Assembly (NCBI RefSeq): GCF_001194135.2
Contig: NC_068986.1
Location: forward strand, 74,345,442 to 74,388,914
Source: Octopus bimaculoides
Taxonomy: Eukaryota
Length of the DNA stretch: 43,473 nt
Direction of reading: 5' to 3'
Under the pieces are notes generated by a model. It had not been told where the DNA came from, searched no databases, and saw nothing but the letters and a program-made list of their open reading frames with translations. A program made the position numbers and the translations under genes. Every line of letters starts with the position of its first letter. Position 1 is the first letter of the stretch. Positions 1 through 11,915 of this stretch are shown here, piece by piece.

Positions 1-37
1 CATCATCATCGTTTAACGTCCGCTTTCCATGCTAGCA
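1..37 (-). mobile_element. Very short RTE LINE 3'-end fragment
   Basis: catcatcatcgtttaacgtccgctttccatgctagca is identical to the terminus of the RTE copy at 42592-43473. Confidence 0.7.
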
Positions 38-79
38 AATGGGGAGATCCAATTTTCCACTATATGTATATATATATAT

Positions 80-342
80 TGGCTCCCGTGCAGGTGGCAC
101 ATAAAAAACACCTTTTTGAGCATGGCCGTTGCTAGTACCGTGTGACTGGCCCTCATGCTGGTGGCACGTAAAAGCACCCACTACACTCTCTGAGTGGTTG
201 GCGTTAGGAAGGGCATCCAGCTGTAGAAACTCTGCCAGATCAGATTGGAGCCTGGTGCAGCCTTCTGGCTTGCCAGTCCTCAGTCAAATCGTCCAACCCA
301 TGTTAGAATGGAAAGCGGACGCTAAACGATGATGATGATGAT
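80..342 (+). mobile_element. 5'-truncated RTE LINE 3' UTR with (ATG)n tail
   Basis: ggcgttaggaagggcatccagctgtagaaactctgcc...ggaaagcggacgctaaacgatgatgatg; same sequence as the 3' UTR attached to the RTE ORF at 42990-43473. Confidence 0.8.
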
Positions 343-989
343 ACACACATACATACACATACACTTGCACACATACCACTTGGTCCACACCACATATCAT
401 ATACCAATGTATCCATGTAAATGAGGATGCAGCAATATGTCTGCTAGAAATAGCACTGAAATACTCTTCTATCTCAAACAGTGACACAAACAATGAATAA
501 TGTAGCCCTAGATACAGTATATCTAAAAGAAAAATTGGAATGGTCTTGTCAAGCCATGCTGTAGGTGATAGGTTTGCTCAACGATAACTGACCTAGGGTT
601 AAGCAAGACAACAACAACAACCAGTAAATTTCCCATATCACTTTTTACCATTTTGAAAGGTATGACGGATATATTATATAATGTGACCCTAGATATATCA
701 TCATTAGCCCCTAGACATTACATTCTAGAGTCCTACAACTCATAAGGAAGTTGACCACTTTCCATGGTGTATAAGTGGTCAAGACCTCAACCTTCCTCCT
801 GAACTGGATTCCAAATCATCACAGGCTAACTCATCTACAACTGAGTGGTTTGCAATAACATGAAATGAAGTGTTTTGCTTAAGGATACAACACATTGCCC
901 AATCCAGGAATTGAAAACCATGATAATGCGATCATAAGAGCAACACCCTAACCACTAAGCCATGGTCTTTCTCAATGCATGCTCTACAT

Positions 990-1264
990 CAGGGGTTTTC
1001 AAACTTTTTAACTTGCGGACCCCTTTATATTTCAGGCTTTACCTTAGGGACCCCCTTATAAATGCTTATGAAATTTATACATAAATATTTGCTTAAAATA
1101 ACATATATTTTTACATTTATTTATTTAACAGTATTTAACAAATAGGTTTATTGTCAATTAAAAGATTTCGATTAAAAAACATATATAAAATCAAATTGCC
1201 CATAAAAAGTATTTGCTGTCTATGGATCCCTTGTGGTCCATGGACCACAGTTTGAAAACCCCTG
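990..1264. mobile_element. Non-autonomous hAT-type DNA transposon (MITE), 275 bp
   Basis: Perfect 16-bp TIR CAGGGGTTTTCAAACT and perfect 8-bp TSD ctctacat (982-989, 1265-1272). Confidence 0.9.
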
Positions 1265-1958
1265 CTCTACATGACATAAAAAATGGGATTTAAGCTAGCT
1301 ATATATGGCTCAAATATTCTTGTTTTATGTTCACAGCAGCCAGATCCAGCTTCTCACACCTACTCTATAATGTCAGTTAAAAAAATAAACAATCACATCA
1401 TTAGAATCACAAGATATTGCATTGATTAATTCATTATCTTGTGATAATGTATGATTAACTCAAAACAATGTGAATAAATAAGCATTTCATTCGATAGAGT
1501 AATTTGAATGCTAAAGCATTAAGCATAGGTGTGCTTGATTAGGCCTTACCTGGAGCTAAACCACAACCAATACATAATTACAAATATTTTATGAAACTCC
1601 TATAAAATCTTGTTTATTTGGGAAATTTATTGAAATATGTTGGCAATCCACTCATTAGAGATATATTAATGAAATCTTAAAGACCATAATCAATGTATGA
1701 AAAATACCATTAACCTTGTAGAATGGGCAGATGGAAGCGCAACAGTTTATAGATTTCAGTGACACTCATAGTCCATATGAAGGACTGTCAATATCAGAGA
1801 AATAACACTAAATTAATGTCTGTTTAATCAATCGTTGTACAATTAGTTATTATTGAGCACATGCAATGTCACCATATTGTTTTGTGTGTTTGATCACTTA
1901 CACGGTTGTGCAGTTAGTAATTATTGAACACACACACACACACACACACACACGCATG

Positions 1959-2002
<44 letters not shown>

Positions 2003-2157
2003 CACACACACTCACAAGAAGTTCACTCCCCAATCAACTTGGGCAAAAGTTGACCAAAGCCTTGTGAGTAAATTTGATAGACAAAAACTTAAAGACAGCA
2101 GTCTTTCAGTTTTCGTCTTTATATATACATACATGTATATATATACATATATACATG

Positions 2158-2577
2158 NNNNNNNNNNNNNNNNNNNNNNNNNNNNNNNNNNNNNNNNNNN
2201 NNNNNNNNNNNNNNNNNNNNNNNNNNNNNNNNNNNNNNNNNNNNNNNNNNNNNNNNNNNNNNNNNNNNNNNNNNNNNNNNNNNNNNNNNNNNNNNNNNNN
2301 NNNNNNNNNNNNNNNNNNNNNNNNNNNNNNNNNNNNNNNNNNNNNNNNNNNNNNNNNNNNNNNNNNNNNNNNNNNNNNNNNNNNNNNNNNNNNNNNNNNN
2401 NNNNNNNNNNNNNNNNNNNNNNNNNNNNNNNNNNNNNNNNNNNNNNNNNNNNNNNNNNNNNNNNNNNNNNNNNNNNNNNNNNNNNNNNNNNNNNNNNNNN
2501 NNNNNNNNNNNNNNNNNNNNNNNNNNNNNNNNNNNNNNNNNNNNNNNNNNNNNNNNNNNNNNNNNNNNNNNNNNNNN
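2158..2577. other. Assembly gap
   Basis: N run. Other gaps: 12904-13145, 25556-25565, 29277-29506, 30224-30948, 37359-37368, 41315-41673. Most are flanked by microsatellites. Confidence 0.99.
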
Positions 2578-3084
2578 TATATATATATATATATATATAT
2601 CATCATCATCATCATCATGTAAAGGTAAGATCCAAGGATCAAGGTGTAGGAAGTTAGTGACCTTTAACCAATCTGCAGAAGATATAAAAAAGACAACTTT
2701 CAGAAACAACAGTGGTTTATTGGTTGTGAATTTTTCCCATATTGAAGGATGATAAGCTGTAAAAAGTTAATTTTATAGTTCATGGTTAGCAACAAGTGTT
2801 GTTATATATGCGAATAAACATCCCCAAAATTAGGGAATGGAGAAGATAAACTCCAGGCTACATATGTTTCATAGCTAATGGAACCTCGGAAGTAGTAAAT
2901 TGTCCAAATGTGGAGTAAATTACAAGCTACTCTTCAGGCCAATGATACCTTGATTATATGAAGTTTACATTGTTGTTAGGAGATCCCCTGTTAACTTGTT
3001 CAGGATTCGATTGGAATTTTGGATGTTTATTTGCATATACAACAACCACTGTTTTTATACACACATGCATACACATACATATAC

Positions 3085-3540
3085 ACCGAACTAAATTTGA
3101 CGACTGGCACCCATGCCAACGTTGTTTCCTTCATTGGACACGAAACTCAGCTTGCGAAGACTTATTGGGGCAAGCGAAAGCGAAATCGGGATGGCACCTG
3201 TGCCCAGCGTCACCTTTCTGGCACCTGTGCCCATGGCATGTGTAATGATTTTCGAGCGAGATCATTGCCAGTGCCGCTGGACTGGCTCTTGTGCGGGTGG
3301 CACATAAAATACACCATTTTGAGCGTGGCCATTGCCAGTACCACCTGACTGGCCTTCGTGCCAGTGGCACGTAAAAGCACCCACTACACTCTCTGAGTGG
3401 TTGGCGTTAGGAAGGGCATCCAGCTGTAGAAACTCTGCCAAGTCAGATTGGAGCCTACTGTAGCCATCTGGTTTCACCAGTCCTCAGTCAAATCGTCCAA
3501 CCCATGCTAGCATGGAAAACGAACGTTAAACGATGATGAA
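3085..3540 (+). mobile_element. RTE LINE 3' UTR copy
   Basis: Shares the gattttcgagcgagatc...ggcactgg module and the terminus ccatgctagcatggaaaacgaacgttaaacgatgatga with the 42592-43473 element. Confidence 0.8.
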
Positions 3541-4374
3541 TTGAAAGTCTTTGTGAAAATTACTTAATACAGTTTTTAAGTATAAAGGGGATTTAAAAAA
3601 AAAATTTGCCTCACATAATTAAAAATACCTCATTAAGTGCTATACACCCTCCTTCTTCCACTGAAGGATATTGCATTTAAAATCTCTATCAGAGCTTTCT
3701 CCATTTCAAGTTTGGCTAGAATCCGAAAACACATTGTTTTTTTTCACAAAACAGAATTATGGTATTTTTCATTTCTCATGAGCATCTATAATTACTTATG
3801 AAATGATGACCCCAGTTCAGTGCACAAAATGCTTTCAGGCTTTTGTTCTCACAAGAAAATGTTACATATTGAGAATTTTCCAGTTGAACTAGTAAAAGTC
3901 AATTTATTTTTGTTAATATTTACACTTGAAGCATTACATGTATACTGTTGTTGTTGTTGTTGGTGGTGGCGGTGGCAGTGACAGCGACAAGATTTTTACT
4001 CAGTTGAGTTAAATAATTATTTTCTTTTGTTTGGGAATATTATCAATACTTCGCATTGCAATTAAATTAGCATTCTGTTTTGGTTGATTTCAGTGTTTGA
4101 AATATATTATTTTGTATGTTTTTCTTTTTCGTTTTTTGGAGGCATGGTACGAAATGTTCATGACCATTTTTTGGTATCAGTGGCATAAAAACAAAAAATA
4201 AAAGTTTGTCTAAAAATAGAAACATGAACCTTCTTATAGTTAACCTTTCTAAGAAGAGACTCCAAGCTACTTTAAGTTATCTGAGGTGAACATTTTTGGT
4301 AAAATTTATGCTTCATCTATTAAAATACTTGCTTTGAAAGAAGGCTGGTAAAAACACAGCTACTTCATTAGCAA

Positions 4375-4416
<42 letters not shown>

Positions 4417-4419
<3 letters not shown>

Positions 4420-4693
4420 TGGAATCTAAAAACAGAAACAATTCCTATCATAGTAGGTGCCTTAGGTATAATAAAAAGATATTCAGACAAATACATAACA
4501 AAAACACCAGGACTTACAAATATATATAACATACAGAAAATTGCACTACTGGGTACTGCACACATTCTACGCAAAACACTTTCAATACAGTAAACATAAG
4601 AGCACCACAGCAAACCACAGCACATACCCAAGGCGCACAGAGCTGCGCTCGGTAGTGAAGTGAAAGCACGTTATAAAAATAAAACTACTGAAC
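4417..4693 (+). mobile_element. 5'-truncated R4/Dong-like (RLE-type) non-LTR retrotransposon inside a (TAA)n tract
   Basis: 4417-4593 translates MWNLKTETIPIIVGALGIIKRYSDKYITKTPGLTNIYNIQKIALLGTAHILRKTLSIQ*, the R4-clade C-terminus (GALG...QK.ALLGTAHILRK). It is followed by about 100 nt of 3' UTR and has (AAT)n on both sides. Confidence 0.8.
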
Positions 4694-4721
4694 AATAATA
4701 ATAATAATAGTGATGCTGTCT

Positions 4722-5762
4722 ACTATAGGCACAAGGCCTGAAATTTTGGGGTTGAGGGCTAATCGATTACTTCAAAACCAGTGGTTGGCTGCTACTTAAT
4801 TTATTGACCCTGAAAGGATGAAAAGCAGAGTCATCCTCAGTAGAATTTGAACTTTGAATGCAAAGACAGACAAAATGCCACTAAGCATCTTACTTGGCAT
4901 TGTGACAATTCTGCCAACTCATTGCCTCATCATCATCGTCATCATCATAGTAATAAATGGTTTCAAATTTTGGCACAAGGCCAGCAATTTTTGGGGTGGG
5001 GTTATTTATTACACTCACCCCAGTGGTCAACTGGTACTTATTTTATCAATCCTGAAAATGATGAAAGGCAAATTCAACCTTGGTGGAATTTAAACTCAGT
5101 GTACAGATGGCTGAAACACTGCGAAGCATTTTGCCCGGTACGCTAATAATTCTGCCAGCTCCCCAATCATCATCATCATCATCATCATCATTTAACGTAC
5201 ACTTTCCATGCTAGCATGGGTTGGACGATTTGACTGAGGACTGGTGAAACCAGATGGCTACACCAGGCTCCAATCTGATTTGGCAGAGTTTCTACAGCTG
5301 GATGCCATTCCTAACGCCAACCACTCAGAGAGTGTAGTGAGTGCTTTCACGTGCCGATTTTGAGGATAGAGATTAGTTGATCACGTCAGTCTCAGTACTT
5401 GACCGGTATTTCATGAAACTCAAAAGGATGAAAATTGTTATCTGTGAGAAATCAGAACATAAAGAGCTAAAACAAATACCACAAGGTATTTCATCAGATA
5501 CTTTCACCATTCTGCCAACCCACTGCCTTCTAATGATTCTTTCTAATTTTGGCACAACGCCAGGAATTTTTAGGGGAGGTGAGGGAAAATCGATTACATT
5601 CACTCCAGTGTCCAATAGGTACTTATTTTCTCACCACACCCCCTAAAACGATGAAAGGCAAAGTCACCCTCAGTGACATATGAACTCGGAATGCAACGCT
5701 AGAAGAAATTCCATTAAGCATTTTGTCCTATGTGTTAACAATTCTGCCAGATTGTTGCCTTA
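4722..5762 (-). mobile_element. Cluster of about four tRNA-derived SINEs (family B)
   Basis: Copies at about 4722-4926, 4962-5162, 5365-5507 and 5545-5762. Each is the reverse complement of the head gagctggcagaatcgttagca...gagttcaaatt and tail aatttcaggccttgtgcc. Confidence 0.7.
5167..5355 (-). mobile_element. RTE LINE 3' UTR fragment within the SINE cluster
   Basis: (CAT)n tail then tttaacgtacactttccatgctagcatgggttggacgatttgactgagg. Confidence 0.8.
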
Positions 5763-6314
5763 CTAACTTTTAATGATGATGATATTGACAATGATGCTGT
5801 TGCTGATGATGACGGTAGTAGTAGTAGTAGTAGTAGTAGCAGTAGTGATGTGTGTTCATTTTTGAGTTTTATTGTTTGATTATATTTCACTCCCTGTATA
5901 TTTTCAGCAAGATTTTCTTCTTGTAGAACAATTAAGATGCTTTTTTTTTTATGAATTTCAAATATATTGCTTATTCATCTTTAATTAACAGTATTTTACA
6001 GACCATTTCTTCAATAATTAATGCCACAACTGTCTCTTAACCTCCTTCCTTCCATTCTCATCTCTATGTCTACTTTTTTTCTATTTCTCTTCCCCTTCCC
6101 CCTTCTGTCTGTCTGTCTCTTTCTCTCTCTCTATCTCTCTCTCTCTGCTCTTTCCTCTCGTATGCAAAACTCATTAACTATGAAATGTTTCTCAGGTTGT
6201 TGACTGAGACAAAATAACCAAATTTAGAACTGTATTTCCATGACATCATGTGTATGTGTCTGTGTGTGTATGTGCAGACATGCATGCATGTCTGTATGTG
6301 TGTGCGTGTGTGTA

Positions 6315-6354
<40 letters not shown>

Positions 6355-6645
6355 TGCATATCAAGAATGCAAAACCATAGAAAGGAATATGTTAATCTAA
6401 AAGACTGATTGTCTTGTTAGTCTGAAAGAATAGCAAATTGTAATTAGTGATTAACAATCCGTTATTGTTTAAGTTCTTAAAAACTAAGCATTAACTTGTT
6501 TGAAATAAACACCATGGAATTTAATAGCAAGCGCCATAGAGCAATGTAGTAGCATCTATTTGGTAGAAATAATATATGAATCTTCCTGCAATCAAAATCT
6601 GCTATCTTTAAAAAATGCCATATCATATGTTGTATATGAAGGAGT

Positions 6646-7010
6646 GAAGACACGTGGCTTAGTGGTTAGGGTATTCAGCTCATGATCATAAGGTTGTGAG
6701 TTCGATTCCAGGTGTCATGTTGTGTTCTTGAGCAAGACACTTTATTTCACATTGCTCCAGTTCACTCAGCTGGCAAAAATGAATAGTACTTGAATGCCAA
6801 AGAGCCAGCCTTGTCACATTCTTTGTTATGTTGAATCTTGCTGAGAACTATGTTAAGGGTACTTATGCCTGAGGAATGCTTGGCCACTTGCATGTTTTAA
6901 TATCACAAGTAAGCTATCCCATTAATTGGCCCAAGGGGAACTCTTGTCATTGAGTACCAATAGAGTACCAGTTATATATGAAAGGAAAGATGAAATGGCC
7001 ATCATGGCTA
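6646..7010 (+). mobile_element. tRNA-derived SINE (family D)
   Basis: A-box-like tggcttagtgg, B-box-like gagttcgattcc, then gtgttcttgagcaagacactttatttcac. Related copies at about 830-965, 7240-7400, 20340-20810, 22575-22880 and 23240-23510. Confidence 0.75.
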
Positions 7011-8004
7011 GAGCACCTTTTGTCAAAGGTCTGCTTGATCAGCCCTAACCTCGGCTATAAAGCATAGCCATCACTTACAAGCAAGCATGGCTTGGCAACA
7101 TGTGCCATGTTTTATTAATTATTAATTGTTGTAGGTGCCTATGTAGTCATGGGGTTTCATAGACACCATCTCAGTCCTCCTACTCTTAATCCAGCAAAAC
7201 ATTGAGAATGTGACAGTTGAGGGGAGAGAAGGCTGGACTGGGGACCAATTGGTTTTCATTTCCGAGCTGTGTATTAATAGAATTGGAGCAACATGAAACG
7301 ATGTGTCTTGCTTAGAGATACAATGTGCTGCCTGGTTCAGATATCAAACTCACAATGTTATGATCCTCAAGCCAACTACTTTAACCTTTAAGCTAAGCAA
7401 CAGCGATATCATGAACCCCATTCTGTTTCCACAATGAGCGATATTAGATATTCTTTCTATTATATGCAAAAGGCCTGAAATTATGTGGGAGGGAGCTAGT
7501 CAATTACATTGACCCAAGGCTGGAAGCAGAGTCAACCCTGGTGAAACTTGAATTTGGAATGTAAAGCCGGAACAAATGCTACTAAGCATTTTGTCCAGCA
7601 TTCTAATAATTGAGTCAGTCTACTTCATTGATGAGCAATACTAGAAATGAAAGTTAGATGGTATCAGCTAGAACCAATAGCAACTAAGTTTCTGTCTGAA
7701 ACAGCAAACAGCTACATTTTCAAATGCTATTTCTCACTCATAGTAATTAGCAGCAGTGTTAGGTAGGAAAGAAAGAAAGAACACCAGAGCAAGATTGTAA
7801 GATTTTTGCGCTGCTTGTCTCCAAAATATTATTTTTATTCTTTTCATTCCTCTGTACACTTTGATTCTATCACTTTGTATACAACCTGACACTTGCATTT
7901 GGACCATGAAGTGTTGAGTCTGTCTTTATCATTCTTGGAGTTGGCATTGTGGTGATATGTTTCTCATCAGTCTCACTAGGTCTGCCACAATAATGTTAAT
8001 TTTG

Positions 8005-8219
8005 AAAGGCAGTGAGTTGGCAGAAACGTTAGCACGCCGGGCAAAATGCTTAGCGGTTTTCATCTGTCTTTACATTCTGAGTTCAAATTCTGCCGAGGTC
8101 GACTTTGCCTTTCATCCTTCCTGGGTCAATAAATTAAGTACCAGTTGTGTACTGGGGTCGATCTAATCGACTGGTCCCCTCCCCAAAGAATTTCAGATCT
8201 TGTGCCTAGAGTAAAAAAG
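8005..8219 (+). mobile_element. tRNA-derived SINE (family B) with TSD
   Basis: Head ggcagtgagttggcagaaacgttagc, B-box gagttcaaattc; perfect 16-bp TSD aataatgttaattttg (7989-8004, 8220-8235). Confidence 0.9.
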
Positions 8220-8334
8220 AATAATGTTAATTTTGGCAATTTCTGACATAGCGGAATCTTTTCCAATTACAAATGGGTTCACCATAGGTTTACTATTTTG
8301 TGAGTGGTGTCTATCTTATTTTTTTTTTTTATCA

Positions 8335-8584
8335 TTTACTTGTTTCACCATCTTGAAGACTTTTTAGTTGAATTTTTAATCAACCCCAATCCTTTTTTTA
8401 AAGTGTTATATTTATTTTATCTTTCTCTTTTGCTGAACCACTAAGTTGTGGAGACATAAACATACCAAGACCAGCTGTCAAGCAGTGGAGGGGGACAAAC
8501 ACAGACTCTAAGACACATGCACACACATACATGCATGCACACACACATATATATGTTTATGTATATGTGTGTGTGTATGTATGT

Positions 8585-8643
<59 letters not shown>

Positions 8644-8810
8644 CACACATGACAGGTTACTTCCAGTTTCTGTCTACTGAATCCAATCAAGGCTTTGGTT
8701 AGCTCAGTGCTATAGTAGAAAACACTAGCCCATGGTGCGACACAGTGGTACTGAACCTGGAACCATGTGGTTGGAAAGGAAATTTCTTACCACACAGTCA
8801 CACCTATACC
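8335..8810 (-). mobile_element. Diverged SINE (family C) with internal (TA)n/(CA)n
   Basis: Reverse complement of the family C consensus seen at 14170-14618. Confidence 0.7.
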
Positions 8811-9040
8811 TACTAAGCATATGCAAGGTGTCAATGCACTGTTGATCATGACATCTATATACAACTATGTATCTAAAACAGGTAATTTTTTCAGGGGTGT
8901 TTAGCAGGGTTGTCTATTTTCACTTTTGTACTGCTATGGATAGAGTCAGCCATATGCGGTATAGTAAAATAATCGTTGCTGTAGTTTTCTATTTTGCTCT
9001 CTGTTGTAAAGTAATATTTGTGTGTTTTAATTGTTTCTAG

Positions 9041-9196
9041 GTAGTCAGTTTTGATGGCTCCACCACTGTCACTGAACTGCTTCAGAGCCTTCAGAAAACA
9101 CTCTATATCCGGGACATCAAGGAATCAGGGTTTGCACTGTTTACTGATGACCCCACGGGGCAGGACATAGAGCATTGCCTTCCACCCCAAGTAAAG
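9041..9196 (+). CDS. PLEKHH1: Internal coding exon, start of FERM domain of a PLEKHH1/2 (MAX-1-like) MyTH4-FERM protein
   Basis: ttgtttctag acceptor and AAG|gtaagt donor; 156 nt, phase 0-0. Translates VVSFDGSTTVTELLQSLQKTLYIRDIKESGFALFTDDPTGQDIEHCLPPQVK, matching the recalled PLEKHH1 motif VVGFDGSTTV...SGFALFTDDPSGRDLEHCL. Not in the ORF track. Confidence 0.93.
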
Positions 9197-9402
9197 GTAA
9201 GTTTAAACATTGAAACCATCACTATCACCACTACCATCATCACCACCACCACTACTATTACTACAACCAACACAACCTCTACCATCACCACCACCTCCCC
9301 ACTACTAGTAATGTTAAGTTTACCCACTGGAATCTTCTATTCAAGAGAATAGATTTACTATTGAATTCATGCTGAAACTGTGTATATGTGTGTTTGTCAG
9401 TG

Positions 9403-9461
<59 letters not shown>

Positions 9462-9941
9462 ACATGTGTGTGTTACACTCATCTAAAGCCAACCCCCCCC
9501 CCAATAGTTATAATAATGGTTGCAAGAGTAAAGAACTGGTATTTCATCTCAAATATTTCCAGTTGAAATCTGCAGTTGGTATTTGAGTATCCAGTGAGAT
9601 GTTGAATTTTTTTGCACCCTAGTTCTAGCTAAGCACAAGAAATTAGCACCTGCTTCAATTCATATATCAATTTTAAGCCAACACAAAGTGGTTGATATCT
9701 TATGTCAGGGCATGTTAATATCTTATTTTCTCAGCGAATGCCATGATACCATGGCTGATCACTTACTAGTTTTGTCATGGTTGTTTAACTCACTAAAATA
9801 GCAGCTAAATCTTTCTCAAATACACCCTAATGCAGTGGTTCTCAAATGGGGTTCACATGGCCCTTGAGGATACACATAAGATTTTGTTGTTAAAAATTAT
9901 GTGCAGTTTACTTCTACAATACACAAAATATTTTAACAATA

Positions 9942-10259
9942 TTGTTGCATTTGGGGATGGTCATGTTGCCAGTTTAGCCAATAAAAACACACGCACTATA
10001 TATTTGGTGTTCACTTGCTTCAGCTTTATTTTATATTAATCGTATTTCGGCCAGAGTTCTTTCGTCACTCTTCTGTGACCTCATCAGTGGTCCTTTGCTT
10101 TCTTCTTTCTTTTTTGTGTGTCATTTCTTACTAATGATCACACACTCTGGCTGAAATATGATTAATATAAAATAAAGCCGAAGCAAATGAACACCAAACA
10201 TATAGTGCATGTGTTTTTATTGACTAACCTGGAAACATGACCATCCCTAAATACAACAA
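9942..10259. repeat. Long inverted repeat (116-bp arms, 86-nt spacer)
   Basis: 9942-10057 versus the reverse complement of 10144-10259: 11 mismatches, no gaps, by manual alignment. Confidence 0.9.
10049..10093 (-). ncRNA. Minimal type I hammerhead ribozyme-like motif
   Basis: Minus strand GGACCA CTGATGA G GTCAC AGAAGA GTGAC GAAA G AA C TC TGGCC. Has the full core, a 5-bp stem II, a 2-bp stem III, a CUC triplet, and stem I CCA/TGG with a bulged extension. Confidence 0.55.
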
Positions 10260-10796
10260 AATCTGTTTCAACACACGAATTCACATCAAGAATCTTGCAA
10301 AACGAATATATATTTTGACAATATTTTATACAATTCCTAATAATATTTAATCATAAAGATATAATGAGACTTTTTTAAACATCAAATGTTTATTAGGGTC
10401 CAGAAGAGTGAAATAGGAATCAAAGGGTCTATAGACAAAAAAGGGTTGAGAACCACTGTCTTAATGTCTTAAAATAATAAAGACACATTGTCATTTCATT
10501 TTAACATTCACTTTTCCATACTTGTAAAGGCGAAACTATAACTTTTGTTGAAGCAGACTTTTCTGTGACTGGATGCTCTTCATGCCACAAACCTTCACCT
10601 GTTTCTCAAGCATGGTAAAATTTCTCCTGGTCTAACAAAGAATGAATAGCCAAGATATGCTTTTGCAGAAGATTGCAGATAAACTGCATTGTTTACATGA
10701 AGAGTGATTCAGAGTGCACATGCCAAGATAAGGGGGATACATACTCACTTGTGCATCTATGCATGCGTGCACACCCTGCACTCACAGACAGACACA

Positions 10797-11082
10797 AGGC
10801 GGCGAGCTGGCAGAATCGTTAGCATGCCGGATGAAATGCCTAGCGGTATTTCATCTGCCGTTACGTTCTGAGTTCAAATTCTGGCGAGGTCAACTTTGCC
10901 TTTCATCCTTTCGGGGTCGACTTTGCCTTTCATCCTTTCGGGGTCGACTTTGCCTTTCATCTTTTCGGGGTCGATAAATTAAGTACCAGTTACGCAATGG
11001 GGTCGATGTAATCAACTTAATCCCTTTGTTTGTCCTTGTTTGTCCCCTCTATGTTTAGCTCCTTGTGGGCAATAAAGAAATA
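10797..11082 (+). mobile_element. tRNA-derived SINE (family A) with internal 3x27-bp tandem
   Basis: Head ggcggcgagctggcagaatcgttagc; 11-bp TSD agacagacaca (10786-10796, 11083-11093); unit actttgcctttcatcctttcggggtcg repeated at 10893-10973. Confidence 0.9.
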
Positions 11083-11599
11083 AGACAGACACATGTGTGT
11101 GTGAAGGCACTTAGCCTAGTGGTCAACATGTTGCACTCATTGTCACAAGATCATAGTTTCAGTTGTTAAGTCTCTTAACAAATCTTTTGTTGACTTGGGG
11201 TTATAGTAGAACTCAAGGTCCAATGCAGTGGGACCAAATATGAGCCACATGGTTGGAAAGCCAACTTCGTAGCCACAACTAGGTAGTTAAAAAGACAAAA
11301 GATAAGCTTCCAACTACAAAGACACCCAGAAACAAACATCCAAATTTTAGAATCAAAACCATCTTAGTCATTTTTACATGGAAAAATCAATGCATAAAAA
11401 AAAAGAAAAGTTTAACCTTTTTACTGCAGAAATCTGATATATTTCACTCAGAGTTTTATTACCGCCAGAAAGCAGTTTTATAAATCAGTCTATATTTTGT
11501 TGAGAGATGTCATGTATGAAATTATTGTTTTGTTGAGATTTGTAAAGTCTGTTAAGGCAGTGTGATTTGCAGATAATGCCAATTCTATTTTCTGGTAGA

Positions 11600-11915
11600 T
11601 ATTTATGTGCCAGTGCCATGTAAAAAGTACTTGTGGTGGTACCATGTAAAAGGCACTAGTGCTGGTGCCACGTGAAAGGCACTAGTGCTGGTGCCATGTG
11701 AAAAGTACCCAGTACACTCTGTAAAGTGACTGGCATTAGGCAGGGCATTCAGTGATAGGAACCAAGCCAAAGCAGACATCTGGAATGTCGTAGAGCTCTC
11801 TAGCTTGCTTGCTGTAACCAAACCATCCAACCAATGCCAGCATGGAAAATGGATGTTGAATGATGATGATGATGATGATGATGACAATGATGACAACGAT
11901 GATGACGATGATGAT
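11600..11915 (+). mobile_element. RTE-type 3' UTR, second subfamily, with (ATG)n tail
   Basis: Tandem aaaggcactagtgctggtgcca modules, then ggcattaggcagggcattcag...ccagcatggaaaatggatgttgaatgatgatg. Confidence 0.65.

Larger units (their letters stand above)
9833..10458. mobile_element. hAT (Charlie-like) non-autonomous element hosting a nested inverted-repeat insertion
   Basis: 13-bp TIR CAGTGGTTCTCAA / TTGAGAACCACTG; 8-bp TSD ccctaatg / tcttaatg (6 of 8 match). Confidence 0.8.

Noticed and set aside
1866-2709. ORFs of 178-263 aa (similarly at 29171-29602, 30091-30987 and 41211-41844)
   Set aside because: Length comes from N runs plus dinucleotide repeats.
2850-2920. PGYICFIANGTSEVVNC resembling the upstream PLEKHH motif HFxNGTYxVV
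   Set aside because: No suitable splice sites and weak similarity. The preceding exon is probably outside the window or in a gap.
6646-6720. tRNA-like sequences with A and B boxes (many loci)
   Set aside because: They are SINE heads continuing into shared bodies and tails, without a complete cloverleaf.
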